From NCBI GenBank assembly GCA_963720465.1, contig OY970393.1:2240001-2304000 (forward strand): 64,000 nucleotides of DNA. The letters are read 5' to 3'. The notes under the pieces are model-generated. The model had not been told where the DNA came from. It was given only the letters and a program-made list of their open reading frames with translations, and did no database searches. A program made the position numbers and the translations under genes. This document shows positions 10,399 through 20,830 of this stretch, one piece after another (the first letter of the stretch is position 1; every line of letters begins with the position of its first letter). Source of the DNA: Methanobacteriota archaeon (GTDB lineage: Archaea; Halobacteriota; Bog-38; Methanoflorentales; Methanoflorentaceae).

Positions 10399-11130
10399 CT
10401 ATAACGTGCGAGAGCGCAGCGTCACGCGTCTTTTTGGGACAACGTTAAGCTCTTCAAGCGGCGGAATAAGCTCCGGATGATCAAGATAGCGCTTAATCCC
10501 CTCTTTGTGGCCGGCGCCGACGACAGCGACGATTTTTCCGCGTAGCGTTAGTAAATTTCCCGCTAGATACGCGTCCCGTTCGTCAACAAGCACGCGTGCA
10601 GCGTTTGGCGAGAACTGCCGCAATTCACTGACCAGCTGTGAAATAGTGTCATCGTTTGTGATGTCTTCGAGGTCGATTTCCTCGTCGCTCGTGGTAATCC
10701 CGAGAAGCGCGACAAGCATCTTTAGCTTCTCAATGGGACGCATCGTTGCCCAGAATCGAGCCATGGTCACATTGATATCTCGGTCGACGAGTGCTATGCT
10801 CGCTCCGACGCTCCCTGCCACTTCGATGGCGGAAAGCATCTCGCTTCCGGGCTTTACTCCGACTTCTGAGCCGAGCTTATTCTGCACGCGCGCCAGCAGC
10901 CAGTGAACTAAGAATTGATACAACCTGCCGCTTGAGAGGATATCTTTGATTGAAGCACTTTGCTGTTCGGGGTGCGTCAATCCTTGGTACCGACCGATGT
11001 CTAGCTCTACCGCCACGACATCAGGTCTTTCGGCTTCGATAGTGCGCCGCACCTCTTTAATGCTCTCTTCGGAGATGTGTGCAGTTCCGACAACGATGAT
11101 CTCCGCCGGTTGATCGTGGTTCTCGTGCAT
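10399..11130 (-). CDS. TraB/GumN (PrgY) family protein
   Basis: VVGTAHIS, VAVELD, PGSEM, LVDERD and VVGAGH motifs. Confidence 0.9.
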   Translation of the reverse strand: MHENHDQPAEIIVVGTAHISEESIKEVRRTIEAERPDVVAVELDIGRYQGLTHPEQQSASIKDILSSGRLYQFLVHWLLARVQNKLGSEVGVKPGSEMLSAIEVAGSVGASIALVDRDINVTMARFWATMRPIEKLKMLVALLGITTSDEEIDLEDITNDDTISQLVSELRQFSPNAARVLVDERDAYLAGNLLTLRGKIVAVVGAGHKEGIKRYLDHPELIPPLEELNVVPKRRVTLRSRTL

Positions 11131-11135
11131 TGCGC

Positions 11136-12245
11136 CTATGCTTTGATCAAAGTGCCGTCAGGGCCGACGATCTGTTCTCGCGCCTCCCCCAGAAGGGTCA
11201 TCGCGCTCGTGACGTCTTTCTGTGTGACGATCCCGACCACACTGCCCCCCCGAACAACTGGAATCGACTCCAGCCGCCGTTGGGCGAGCCTGACGAATAC
11301 CTCAGAGGCCTCGTCATCGGGCGTTACGGGCTCAACGTTGCGCATCATCACGTTGCCTACCATGATGTCATCTCGACGGTTCGGAGGCACCTGATGCACG
11401 TTAGTGAACGTAATTAGGCCTACGAGATTACCGCCGTCAACGACCGGATAGGTTGTGTGTTTGCTTTGAAACATCACCTCAATCAGTTGAGTGATCGTCA
11501 TCGATGGAGGCACGGTCGCTACGTCAGCCGTCATGATGTCGCGCACCTTAATGCCTGACAGCGTCTGTGTAATCGTGGTTTGCCGCTCTTCATCAGACGC
11601 GGCGATGTAGATGAAAAAAGCTATGATGATCAAAATTGGACTGACGAATAGTCCGACTATACCCATCACAATTGCAAAGATCTTGCCGACTTGGACGGCG
11701 GTATGCGTCGCCTTTAAGTAGGGCTCCCGACTGGCAAGCCATGCCCGGAACACGCGTCCGCCATCCATAGGAAACGCTGGAAGAATATTGAACCCGCCGA
11801 GAACAAGGTTGATATACGCAAAGTTCTCCAAAAACAGATTTGGCACGGTTGCGGTCACCGCCAAGCTCAATGCGAAAAAGATCGCGCCGAGGGCCAGGCT
11901 GACCAGTGGCCCGATTAGCGCTGTTCTCAACTCGAGTTTCGGATCTGTCGGGATTTCGATTGCGGAAACCCCTCCGATGAGGTAAAGCGTTATGCTTTTC
12001 ACTTCGATTCCGTAGCGCAAGGCCAGAAGAGAGTGCCCTAGTTCGTGGAGCAGCACGAAAACAAAGATCATAATGCCCGCTATTGTCCCGTAAACGTAGT
12101 CGTAGGGATAGGGAACGGTTGCAAACCCTATAGGCGGGGGGGAGATGGCAAACGCGAAGGCGAAGAGGGGAATAATCAAAATGAGCGTAATATTGACTAG
12201 AATCGGGATTCCGCGAACGGTAGCGATTCGAAAAGACCAGGCCAT
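11136..12245 (-). CDS. M50 site-2 protease with C-terminal CBS pair
   Basis: HELGH and FNILPAFPMDGGR motifs; two CBS repeats. Confidence 0.92.
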   Translation of the reverse strand: MAWSFRIATVRGIPILVNITLILIIPLFAFAFAISPPPIGFATVPYPYDYVYGTIAGIMIFVFVLLHELGHSLLALRYGIEVKSITLYLIGGVSAIEIPTDPKLELRTALIGPLVSLALGAIFFALSLAVTATVPNLFLENFAYINLVLGGFNILPAFPMDGGRVFRAWLASREPYLKATHTAVQVGKIFAIVMGIVGLFVSPILIIIAFFIYIAASDEERQTTITQTLSGIKVRDIMTADVATVPPSMTITQLIEVMFQSKHTTYPVVDGGNLVGLITFTNVHQVPPNRRDDIMVGNVMMRNVEPVTPDDEASEVFVRLAQRRLESIPVVRGGSVVGIVTQKDVTSAMTLLGEAREQIVGPDGTLIKA

Positions 12246-12341
12246 ATAATCCTGATCAAGCCTTTATTTGGCAAACTATATATTACTTTAGTCGATAGTG
12301 TATGGCGGAGTTTGTGCACGAAATCCAAAAGGGAGGTTGAA

Positions 12342-12611
12342 ATGCGAATCGAGCTGACACAAATCATGGACCTCAACGTGTATACTGATCGGGGGGATTA
12401 CATAGGGAAAGTTGAGGATATCAAGATCGACACGAACGATAAGAGGGTAACGGGCCTCGTTATAGGCGACATTAACCATAATATCTTCGATATAAAGTAC
12501 CGATTCGTAGTGATACCCTACCGGTTTGCCAAATCGATAGCAGACATAATTCTCGTCAGTAGCGTCGTGAAAACGCTCATCGGCCGAGCTAAGCCAAAAG
12601 AAGAAGCTTAA
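12342..12611 (+). CDS. PRC-barrel domain protein
   Basis: VYTDRGDYIGKVEDI...IPY motif; ATG at 12342 after a GGGAGGT ribosome-binding site. Confidence 0.85.
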   Translation: MRIELTQIMDLNVYTDRGDYIGKVEDIKIDTNDKRVTGLVIGDINHNIFDIKYRFVVIPYRFAKSIADIILVSSVVKTLIGRAKPKEEA

Positions 12612-13351
12612 TGAAAGAGCGCGAGATCTACGCAGGCTTGCGCACAGTCGTCCCTTTTTTCGTGCGTGTTGACGGACGCAATTTCCGGCACGCGCTTTCG
12701 CTGCTCAAGTGCGAACAACCGTACGATCTCGCCTTTGCAGAGTCCATGGGCGCCGCATCGGAAGCGCTCATGCGACGTAGTGGACTGTCCGTGCAACTCG
12801 TTTTCGCATTCTCTGACGAAGCAAACGCCCTCTTTTTGGAAGCTCCATTTGACGGCAGGGTCGAGAAGCTTGACTCCGTCGTCGCCAGCTTCTTCGCCAG
12901 CGCTCTGACACTTAACCTCTCGTCAGACGTCCCTTTAGCGTTTGATGCGCGCGTCATTCCGGTGAGCACAATGGATATCCCGATCTACCTCGAATCGAGG
13001 CAAAATGAAGCGTGGCGAAATCACGTGCACGCGTACGGCTACTATTACTTGCGACAAAGTGGTCAAACAGGACGAGAAGCTCACGCAGCATTGCTTGGGA
13101 TGAGCTCGAGCGAGATGCACGAGCTCATGTTCAGCCACGGGGTCAATCTGGCGAAGACCCCTGCGTGGCAGAGGAGGGGGATACTCGTCCATAAGCAAGG
13201 CTATGAGAAGAAGGGCTTTGATCCGATGTCCGCTCGCCCGATCACTACACGCCGATCAAAAGTTGTGCAAAACTGGGACCTTCCCATTTTTAAATCGCCT
13301 CAGGGGCGCGAGATGCTCCTCGGGCTCATAGGCTCTACCATAAATAAATAG
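12611..13351 (+). CDS. thg1: tRNA(His) guanylyltransferase, Thg1-like
   Basis: VRVDGRNF, FSDE, FDGRVEKL, FDAR, RQNEAWRN and PAWQRRG motifs. Confidence 0.93.
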   Translation: MKEREIYAGLRTVVPFFVRVDGRNFRHALSLLKCEQPYDLAFAESMGAASEALMRRSGLSVQLVFAFSDEANALFLEAPFDGRVEKLDSVVASFFASALTLNLSSDVPLAFDARVIPVSTMDIPIYLESRQNEAWRNHVHAYGYYYLRQSGQTGREAHAALLGMSSSEMHELMFSHGVNLAKTPAWQRRGILVHKQGYEKKGFDPMSARPITTRRSKVVQNWDLPIFKSPQGREMLLGLIGSTINK

Positions 13352-13480
13352 CAAGAATTATATATTAATATCCAGCGAAAATGGCTTTTTAGCATCACAT
13401 TCAAAGCGATAAACGTGCCTGTTAAACAGCGGGAAGAAATCGGTAACAGCGCGAGTACGGGGTAAGGAAGGGAACGCGTC

Positions 13481-14920
13481 GTGGCTTTAGGTCTTTTAGG
13501 AGCGAAACCGAAGGTAGCAAAGAACGAACAGGTGTCCCTGCTTGACATCAAGAAGGGGCCGTACTACGTTGTGGCGTCGGTAGAAGTGGGAAACACGACA
13601 ACGAAGTGCATTCTTACCGCGACGAACATGCTTGAGGGCAAGGCCTACGTCGTCAACAAGGTCGTCAACATGACGCGCGACGTGCGCGACCCAAAACCAG
13701 GCGAAGAAATCTTTGGCAGGACCCTGACCTACAAGCCGCTTACACGAAACAGCATTGCTGAAATGGTGAAGCGTACTCTCATTCAGTCAGTTCGAAACGC
13801 AAATCTCGACCTTGCCGATGACCTCCACTTTGTCGTGCGCTCCACGGGCGTGGTCGCTGGCTTTGATCAGCCCGAGGATATAGGTGAGTTCATAAAGGCA
13901 CTTGCAGATGGCTGCTTAATGGCGGGAGTTACGGCTCGGAAAATGACGCCTGCGATGAGCATTCATCAACTTCCAAAGAAGTTTCGCGAATACAGTCTTC
14001 TCGACAAAGTCGCTTTTGATGGTTCGGTAAGCGGCGTGCTCCCTCCGATTGGCTCAACAGGTGTTGAAGTTGTCGCAAATGAAATGGAGGGCGAGCTGGC
14101 GACGGCAGGAATCAAGGAAGGCGCGAAATGGGCAAACGTCGATTTCAGAAATCCGTGCCTTTCTATGGATTTCGGGACGACCTTCAAAGGGCGCATCACC
14201 AACGACGTTCTCCCCTATGCAAACACGATCGCGAACTTCTGTGGGATCTCAGGGGAAATCGTCGATTCCGTCGGCCGCGGCACCGGGCTGGTAGACGAAA
14301 CGAGTGGCACAACATTTGACCTGCCAAAGCCGAGCCGGCTGAGGGTCAGCGTTGCGAGAGAACGGGACGTTAGAGCTCTAGCAAACGAGATCCACGAACA
14401 TATTCGAATCGAGGAAGTCCCAAAAACGTCCAAGCGCTTTGGCAGCGTTCCAGTGAATCCTCACGCAGCGGCGCAAATCGGGTTGACCCTCATCGGCGTC
14501 GATTCCGGTGAGAATGGCAGTGATCTTCACCGTATTTCGAAAGTCGGTGGCGAAATCTACGAAGATTATGGGCTCGGAATGCTATACAGCGTCATTGACT
14601 GGGTATCGACGGGCATAGCCGAACGGACCATCAATACAGCATTTACCAAAGGTCTGATCAACGACAAGGTGAGCATCGGGATAACCGGGCGCGCAGGCAT
14701 AACCGGAAACAAGCCAAATCATATCTTAAAAGTTATCAGAGAGATGGGCCTCTACGGCAAGCCCGAAGAGTATGTCGTGTTTGTGGACGATGGGCTGGCG
14801 CGGGGAGCGGCTATCATGGCACGATGTATGAATTCGCTTGGCACGCCCAAGAATCCGTTTGGGGGGCTTAGAGGTGGGAAGTGCATATTGGGCCAGCGAA
14901 TGAGGCTGCAGACCTACTGA
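13481..14920 (+). CDS. Methanogenesis marker protein 14 (DUF2114 family)
   Basis: VASVEVGNTTTKCIL, VVRSTGV, ANEMEGEL and DDGLARGAAIMARCMNSLG motifs. Confidence 0.88.
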   Translation: MALGLLGAKPKVAKNEQVSLLDIKKGPYYVVASVEVGNTTTKCILTATNMLEGKAYVVNKVVNMTRDVRDPKPGEEIFGRTLTYKPLTRNSIAEMVKRTLIQSVRNANLDLADDLHFVVRSTGVVAGFDQPEDIGEFIKALADGCLMAGVTARKMTPAMSIHQLPKKFREYSLLDKVAFDGSVSGVLPPIGSTGVEVVANEMEGELATAGIKEGAKWANVDFRNPCLSMDFGTTFKGRITNDVLPYANTIANFCGISGEIVDSVGRGTGLVDETSGTTFDLPKPSRLRVSVARERDVRALANEIHEHIRIEEVPKTSKRFGSVPVNPHAAAQIGLTLIGVDSGENGSDLHRISKVGGEIYEDYGLGMLYSVIDWVSTGIAERTINTAFTKGLINDKVSIGITGRAGITGNKPNHILKVIREMGLYGKPEEYVVFVDDGLARGAAIMARCMNSLGTPKNPFGGLRGGKCILGQRMRLQTY

Positions 14921-15253
14921 AAGGTCGTCGTGCTGCGGTTTTTTTTGGCGGAGATTGCGACGCTCGTATCATCTTTGCGAGAGCTCTGAGCGGTTTTTGT
15001 AACTGCATCGTCTTGGAAATCAGCTAGAATGTTGAAAGCTGTGCGTGGAAAAAGGATTCTAAAATAGCCCGCAGCACAGCGTGACACGGGCGCCGGCCCC
15101 GTAAAAAAAGCGGAAGGATTATTAAACAAGAGCCACACAAAAAAATATAACTATAATTATAAAGATATTGTTTGCATCGACATGCTGACATAACTGTGCC
15201 ATTCGGACTGAAAACAATTTATAGTCCGCTCGCGGAAAAAAACAACGATCGCA

Positions 15254-16465
15254 ATGTTGAAAAGACACGGACCGACAGAGAGAAAATTACTCATTGGTCT
15301 TTCGGTGGCGCTTATAATTTTGATGTGCTGCTCCGCAACGGGCGTTGCGGCGGCGCAGCCATCAGCGTCTTCGGCCACAACCACGGCTGCGAGCTCGAAA
15401 TACCCGCCGTATCCGGTGAACCTTTACGAGTTTTATCTGTCGACCTGCCCGCATTGCCAGGCGCTCGCGCCGCACATTGCCGCACTGAAAGCCGAATATC
15501 CAACATTGCACGTGTATCAGTACGAAACGTCAAATTCTGCGAATTACAGCCTTTTTCAGACGTTCCAGAGCGCGTACGGAGTGAAGTTTGACACCGTCCC
15601 TAGCGTTTTTGTCGGAACGCAGTTTTGGCAATCGGACCTTGACGCGCCGCAGATTGCAGCAGCTGTTGCGCAAGCCATTCAACACGGAGCGACAGGCAAG
15701 GGTGACACAATAACCGGCAACTCTGTGCCAATGCCGAAACCAGGGACCCAGGATTCGACTACCGCTGGGACATTAGTGAATACGCCGCCTCTGCCACTGC
15801 CGCTTTTCATCACGACCGGCATCATAAGCGGCATGAATCCGTGCGTCTTTTCGGTCCTCATATTTTTGATGGGGACGATCGCTCTCACAGGTTCGCGTGC
15901 GCGAGCCCTTGCCATTGGCGTGACTTACATCGCGACGGTGTTCATCGTCTTCTTCCTTTCGGCACTTGCTATTGTGCAGTTCGTTCAAGTCATAGGCCTA
16001 CAGAACTTAGACCTGACTAAGACCGTGATTGGCATTTTCCTCCTCGTCGTTGGTATCGTATCGATCAAGGATTTCTTTTGGTACAACCGCTGGTTCAGTT
16101 TTAAGATCCCAACCTTCACGAAACACAGCATCAGCACTCTCGGGAACACCGGGTCTTTTCTTGCTATTATAGGGCTCGGCATCATCGCGACGATTGCCGC
16201 TTTGCCGTGCACGCTCGGTCCGTTTACCTTCTTCTCCACCACCTATTTGACCAGCATGGCCGCGATGCAATACAACCTCTACGTTGCCCTCTTCGCATTA
16301 GCATTCATCATACCGATGATCATCGTTTTTGTTGCCATATACGCCGTCAAGGTGGGAACGGACAGGGCAGAAGCATGGAGAATGCAATCAGCGCGCTATA
16401 TGAGGCTAGTGGCCGGGGTCCTAATGGTCACGTTTGGTCTCCTGCTCGTGCTCAAAGTGTTCTAA
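15254..16465 (+). CDS. Secreted thioredoxin-like domain fused to a CcdA/DsbD-type membrane domain
   Basis: Signal peptide; CPHC motif; NPC and LPC in transmembrane helices. Confidence 0.82.
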   Translation: MLKRHGPTERKLLIGLSVALIILMCCSATGVAAAQPSASSATTTAASSKYPPYPVNLYEFYLSTCPHCQALAPHIAALKAEYPTLHVYQYETSNSANYSLFQTFQSAYGVKFDTVPSVFVGTQFWQSDLDAPQIAAAVAQAIQHGATGKGDTITGNSVPMPKPGTQDSTTAGTLVNTPPLPLPLFITTGIISGMNPCVFSVLIFLMGTIALTGSRARALAIGVTYIATVFIVFFLSALAIVQFVQVIGLQNLDLTKTVIGIFLLVVGIVSIKDFFWYNRWFSFKIPTFTKHSISTLGNTGSFLAIIGLGIIATIAALPCTLGPFTFFSTTYLTSMAAMQYNLYVALFALAFIIPMIIVFVAIYAVKVGTDRAEAWRMQSARYMRLVAGVLMVTFGLLLVLKVF

Positions 16466-16655
16466 GGCAGGCTAGTCTTTCGGTAGCGCAGCCTCGCGAG
16501 GCGCTTCTCAAGCCGTCCTGCTGACAGCTGCGTGGTTTTTTTAGCATAGTCGAGTTAAGCCGGACTATTGCGCGCGGCGACTATAGTTATGTTAAAGGCC
16601 GTGAGCAAACTCACGTCGACAAGGAAACGACAAGACCAAGTATCTTGTCTGCTTT

Positions 16656-17234
16656 ATGGCATCACGTCGTGATTCGATGCATCACACATATCGAGACGAA
16701 GCCGAAAGGCGAACGTGGCAGAACCCTGAAATGATTCTTGCGGAAGTTGGGGTCACGGTCGGCGATGTGTTTATAGATTTGGCCTGCGGTTTTGGGTTTT
16801 TTGCGATTCCCGCAGCAAAAATAGTTGGCCCGAAAGGTGTCGTTTGCGGCGTTGACATTGACAAAGAAGCTTTGGAAGAACTACGTGAAAAAGCTGCGCT
16901 TGTCGGCCTGCGAAATCTGCGGCTAACACTCGCCGCGGCAGAAGATGTCGTTCTGTGCGAGCAGTGCGCTGATAAAGTGTTCGTTGGGATAGCGCTTCAC
17001 GATTTCAAAGATCCGCTCAAGGTTTTGCAGAACGTGAAGAGGGCCCTCAAAACGGGCGGCAGATTGGTAAATCTAGATTGGAAGAAAGAGCAAACGCCTT
17101 TCGGCCCTCCTCTCGAAATACGGTTCAGTGAGAGCGAAGCCGTTTCTCTCATCGAAAGAGCAGGATTTAAAGTCGTCTCAGTAAAAGATTCAGGGCCCTA
17201 TCACTACATGATTTCAGCGAATTTGCTTCAGTAG
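16656..17234 (+). CDS. Class I SAM-dependent methyltransferase
   Basis: DLACGFG motif I; LHD...LKTGGRL and GPP motifs. Confidence 0.88.
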   Translation: MASRRDSMHHTYRDEAERRTWQNPEMILAEVGVTVGDVFIDLACGFGFFAIPAAKIVGPKGVVCGVDIDKEALEELREKAALVGLRNLRLTLAAAEDVVLCEQCADKVFVGIALHDFKDPLKVLQNVKRALKTGGRLVNLDWKKEQTPFGPPLEIRFSESEAVSLIERAGFKVVSVKDSGPYHYMISANLLQ

Positions 17235-17353
17235 ACTCGTGCTAGGCTCAAAACAGGCAGGAACACTTACTTTCTTCGCCAATTTTGATAATGTTATATC
17301 CTCTCGAACCCATTTATTAAGAAGAACGTCTAGATCAGCAAAGGAGTCTGGTT

Positions 17354-17581
17354 TTGCCGACTTATCCAGTCTCTATGTGTTTGGTCTGCAAGCATTATCG
17401 AAAAGCGCAGCGATGTGAAGTTTTTCCGGCACGAATACCTCAGGCCATTCTTACTGGCAGATTTGATCACAGAAAACGACACGACGGAGACCGTGGAATT
17501 AGATTTCAGCCAAGAGATGATGTCAGCCAAGTAGAGTTAGAAAGCATTTTAAGCATATTCGACAAAAAAACCGCTTTTTGA
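17354..17581 (+). CDS. Small CxxCxH...CxxFP protein of a type usually virus-associated
   Basis: CLVCKH-x5-CEVFP-xx-IP-xx-I-xx-G-xx-DH...GDRGIRF pattern. Confidence 0.65.
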   Translation: MPTYPVSMCLVCKHYRKAQRCEVFPARIPQAILTGRFDHRKRHDGDRGIRFQPRDDVSQVELESILSIFDKKTAF

Positions 17582-18300
17582 GCGCGGTTTTAACTTTAAA
17601 TCTGCAAGTGACGCCAGTGCGCGTGTAACAGTTTAGAGTTCTGCGAAATTGCCTAAACTCTCACTTTTGCCTGATTCAGGCGTGAAAATTGCCTAATTGT
17701 TCCGAGAAAAACGAGGGTCTTAGAAAATAGTTGCTATGCTTACCAAGCAAGGTTGAAGTTGAAGTGCTTAATTTTGTTACATGTATTCTTAATTAAAGTG
17801 GTTGCTAAAGTATTAATGCTATAATATAGATTCTTATATTATTACAATTTATATATTACTTATATTAATAATCTGAGAATACCATTTATTCGGATTTTTA
17901 CAAAAATTCGTAATATAATATTCAACTCTCATTTTAGCTAAAAAGTCCAAATTCGCGGTTATTAAGGTATCTTTTTTCCAATATAACTCAAAAAATATAG
18001 AAATCGTACGGTCTTGACCAAATAACTATGATTTTTTGGCTCTGCGCTATTTGCTGACGTCATATGAGAACGGAAATCGTAGTGATTAGTAGAAGAGGTC
18101 CTGAGGAAGATATCTCCAATTAGATCTGCATTCTAACACTTAGTTAATCCGTGGTGTTAACAATATGATACCAAAAATAGTCGTGAGAAATTCAATGATA
18201 TCAAAAACCAAAAAATTAGTTAATAGATGAGAGTAATTCTTTGTACCAGGGGTTTTTAGGCCACTAGCTCTCACTTTTATAAAAATAGCTGGAAAAAAAC

Positions 18301-18825
18301 TTAAAATGAAACCTTTCCATACGCTTCCCTCAAATCATCGTCTTTGAATTGAAGGTAGACCTGCGTTATGCTAAGGCTGGAATGCCCTAATAGCAGCTGT
18401 AAACCCGTAGATCCATTCCTGACCGTACTAAATGTATAGTAAAACTATGGCGAAGCGTGGGCGGATGGATCTGAACACCTATCATATTCCCGTATCTCTT
18501 GCTTAAGTTGGAAACTTGTGCTCGACTGATAGGGAAAATAGGTTGATCCTCAGGGGTATTTAGTGCTAAGACATAATCGAAGAGCATTTTGAGAGTTTCT
18601 TGGTCAAGAACTACCCTCCGCTGCCGCCCTCCCTTGGCTTTTCGTGTGTTCACTACGTTATTCTTGAATTCGATATCGTTCGGTGTGACATTGATGACTT
18701 CGCTCACTCGTACTCCGGTTCGCCACATGAACCGCACCAGCATAGTCCCGTTGACTGCACGTTTTGGCAGCATGCAGCATCTCATCGACCTGCTCTTTTT
18801 CAAGATAGTTGGGAATTTTGGTCAC
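18301..18825 (-). pseudogene. Frameshifted tyrosine recombinase, paralogue of 18993-19529
   Basis: Nearly identical peptide (WRTGVRVSEV, KAKGGRQR, ITQVYLQF) split by two frameshifts; HPHTLRH changed to HPPTLRH. Confidence 0.88.
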
Positions 18826-18992
18826 ATTTGACAAAGATATGTTTTGTTTAACCGCAAAAGCGATTCTTAGCCTGATTTGCCGTTTTTTCGATAAATTATA
18901 AAAAAAAGAAGAATTGATTTTAGCGTTATTTATAACACTGTTATAGGTGCTATAACTCTCACTTTTATAAAAAAAGCATTAAGAAAAAATGT

Positions 18993-19529
18993 TTAAAAAG
19001 CTACTTTTTCGTACGCTTCTCGTAGGTCATTATCGTTGAATTGAAGGTAAACCTGCGTAATGCTGAGGCTTGTATGCCCTAGCATGAGCTGTACACGCCT
19101 TAAATCTGTCCCGCCACGAACCATATTAATAGCAAAACTGTGTCGCAGAGTATGTGGATGTATATTAACCCCTGCCATATTTCCGTATTTTTTGACGATG
19201 CTAAATACTCGATTTCTTTGAATAGGAAAAACAGGTTGATCCTCTAGGATATTTAGTGCTAAAACATAGTCCGAAAGCATTTTGAGGGTATCTTGATCAA
19301 GCGGGACTCTCCGCTGCCGCCCTCCCTTAGCCTTTCTGATGTTAACAACACCGTTCTTATATTCAATATCCTTCGGGGTAACGTTTATGACCTCACTTAC
19401 CCGTACGCCGGTACGCCACATAAACCGGAGCAGTAAGTAATCCCGATGATTACAAGTTTTAGCAGCGTTGAGTATCTCATCGACCTGTTCTTTTTCAAGA
19501 TAATCGGGTATTTTAGTCACATGATACAA
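18993..19529 (-). CDS. Tyrosine recombinase, catalytic domain only (~178 aa; FimB/Xer-like)
   Basis: TGVRVSE (R), KGG (K), HTLRHS (HxxR), LGH and TQVY (Y); no N-terminal core-binding domain. Confidence 0.93.
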   Translation of the reverse strand: MYHVTKIPDYLEKEQVDEILNAAKTCNHRDYLLLRFMWRTGVRVSEVINVTPKDIEYKNGVVNIRKAKGGRQRRVPLDQDTLKMLSDYVLALNILEDQPVFPIQRNRVFSIVKKYGNMAGVNIHPHTLRHSFAINMVRGGTDLRRVQLMLGHTSLSITQVYLQFNDNDLREAYEKVAF

Positions 19530-20115
19530 AAGATAGGTTTTGTATCTTAAAGGTTGTCATTTTGGTCTTCTTTACGATGAGATCCTCCTAGTTTATACAA
19601 TGAGGACAATTTTGGGCTAACTGAAGCACTTTTCCAATAATTCAGTTTTTATAAAATAGTGAATATTTAATTTGATTGTGATTCCCATGGATTTCGTGAG
19701 TTTGTATGTTAAGCCATCTTTCAGGTTAACGAGAATGGGTTGAAACAAAAGTGAGAGTTGAGCCTGTCTATCTCCAGACAGCTAGGTATTTTCTGACAAG
19801 GCATCTTGGGTATTGCCTATCAATATTTGCGTCAGAGATTCGTGGCTCCGGTACCGCCGAAGTTTTTGGAATGACTAGTAAGACCAGCTCTTGAAAACAA
19901 CCTGCTGCTGACCTTCGTAACAACGTCAAGTCCGCACAAAGGAATAGGTAGCAAGTGAAAGTGAGAGTTAAATGGCGGAGCTGATGAAGCCGGAAACCCG
20001 AGCACTTCTACAGGTAGATTAGGCGGTAAACGCAAGTGCGGGTGCATAGAAGCAAAAGTGAGACTAGAGGTAAGTCCTTCTTGTTCGCCTTTTTGCTGAC
20101 CGGTCGCGTGCTGCG

Positions 20116-20418
20116 TCAACGCGTCTTGTCGTCTGGTGTATCCAGTGCGCTTAAAATGTAAGGTCTTGAGGACACCTTGTGGTATTTGGGTCCTCCACCC
20201 ATCGACAAAATCCCTATGTAGCCTGCCGCCAGTAACTCGTGGAGGGCTTCTTGGACTTCGAGCTTCGTCCCGTCGACTTTTTTCTGCACCTGCCACGAGC
20301 GAAGGCCTTCGCTGCTAGACTCATAGATGCTTCTCAAAACCTTCTTTTGAAGACCGGTCATCAAAGCCACTTCACCGGGACCGTCGTGCAGCATCGGATT
20401 TAGCATAGTGACACGCAC
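20116..20418 (-). CDS. Small winged-helix DNA-binding protein (probable)
   Basis: LQKKVL...EVQEALHELLAAGYI wHTH-like pattern. Confidence 0.5.
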   Translation of the reverse strand: MRVTMLNPMLHDGPGEVALMTGLQKKVLRSIYESSSEGLRSWQVQKKVDGTKLEVQEALHELLAAGYIGILSMGGGPKYHKVSSRPYILSALDTPDDKTR

Positions 20419-20830
20419 CTTTCGGGATTGACCGTGTTAGTTAATCGCATATAGCTCTCCTTGTTGGCACCACCGCTGCAGAAAAACAAGAGACTTAGAC
20501 GCCTAGCCGACCAAAAAGTTTCTGTGCCACGCGCGCCGGCACCCCCTTAGACCGGCTGACAGACGTGGTCAAAGGATGCTCGAATGGCGGTTTGTCTGCG
20601 TGCAAGAGCATTTATCAACCATCCCGAGGAAATGAAACTGAGCTGAGAACATGTTGTTACACGTTACCATACCCGACGCAGATACTGGTTGTCCCCGATA
20701 CAATTCTAACAACATCTTGCTTGGTGTCGATAGACGTAAGAAACGCATGATCTGGCGCAGTTTCTATGCGATCGTTGCCCCAAATAGCTTGGCGCTCGCG
20801 TACGAAGCTTATCGTGCATAGGGTGGTTAG

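Larger units (their letters stand above)
17656..20066. repeat. Seven copies of a 13-bp motif AAAAGTGAGAGTT, four leftward and three rightward
   Basis: Reverse-complement copies at 17656-68, 17924-36 (variant), 18266-78 and 18954-66; forward copies at 19747-59, 19957-69 and 20054-66. Confidence 0.8.

Noticed and set aside
19975-20005. CTGATGA...GAAA resembling a hammerhead ribozyme core
   Set aside because: Only 5 nt (AGCCG) separate the motifs, so stem II cannot form, and no convincing stems I/III were found.
17600-20100. Classical integron (IntI plus attC cassettes)
   Set aside because: The recombinase is ~178 aa with no IntI-specific insertion, and no RYYYAAC...GTTRRRY attC hairpins following intact ORFs could be identified by eye.
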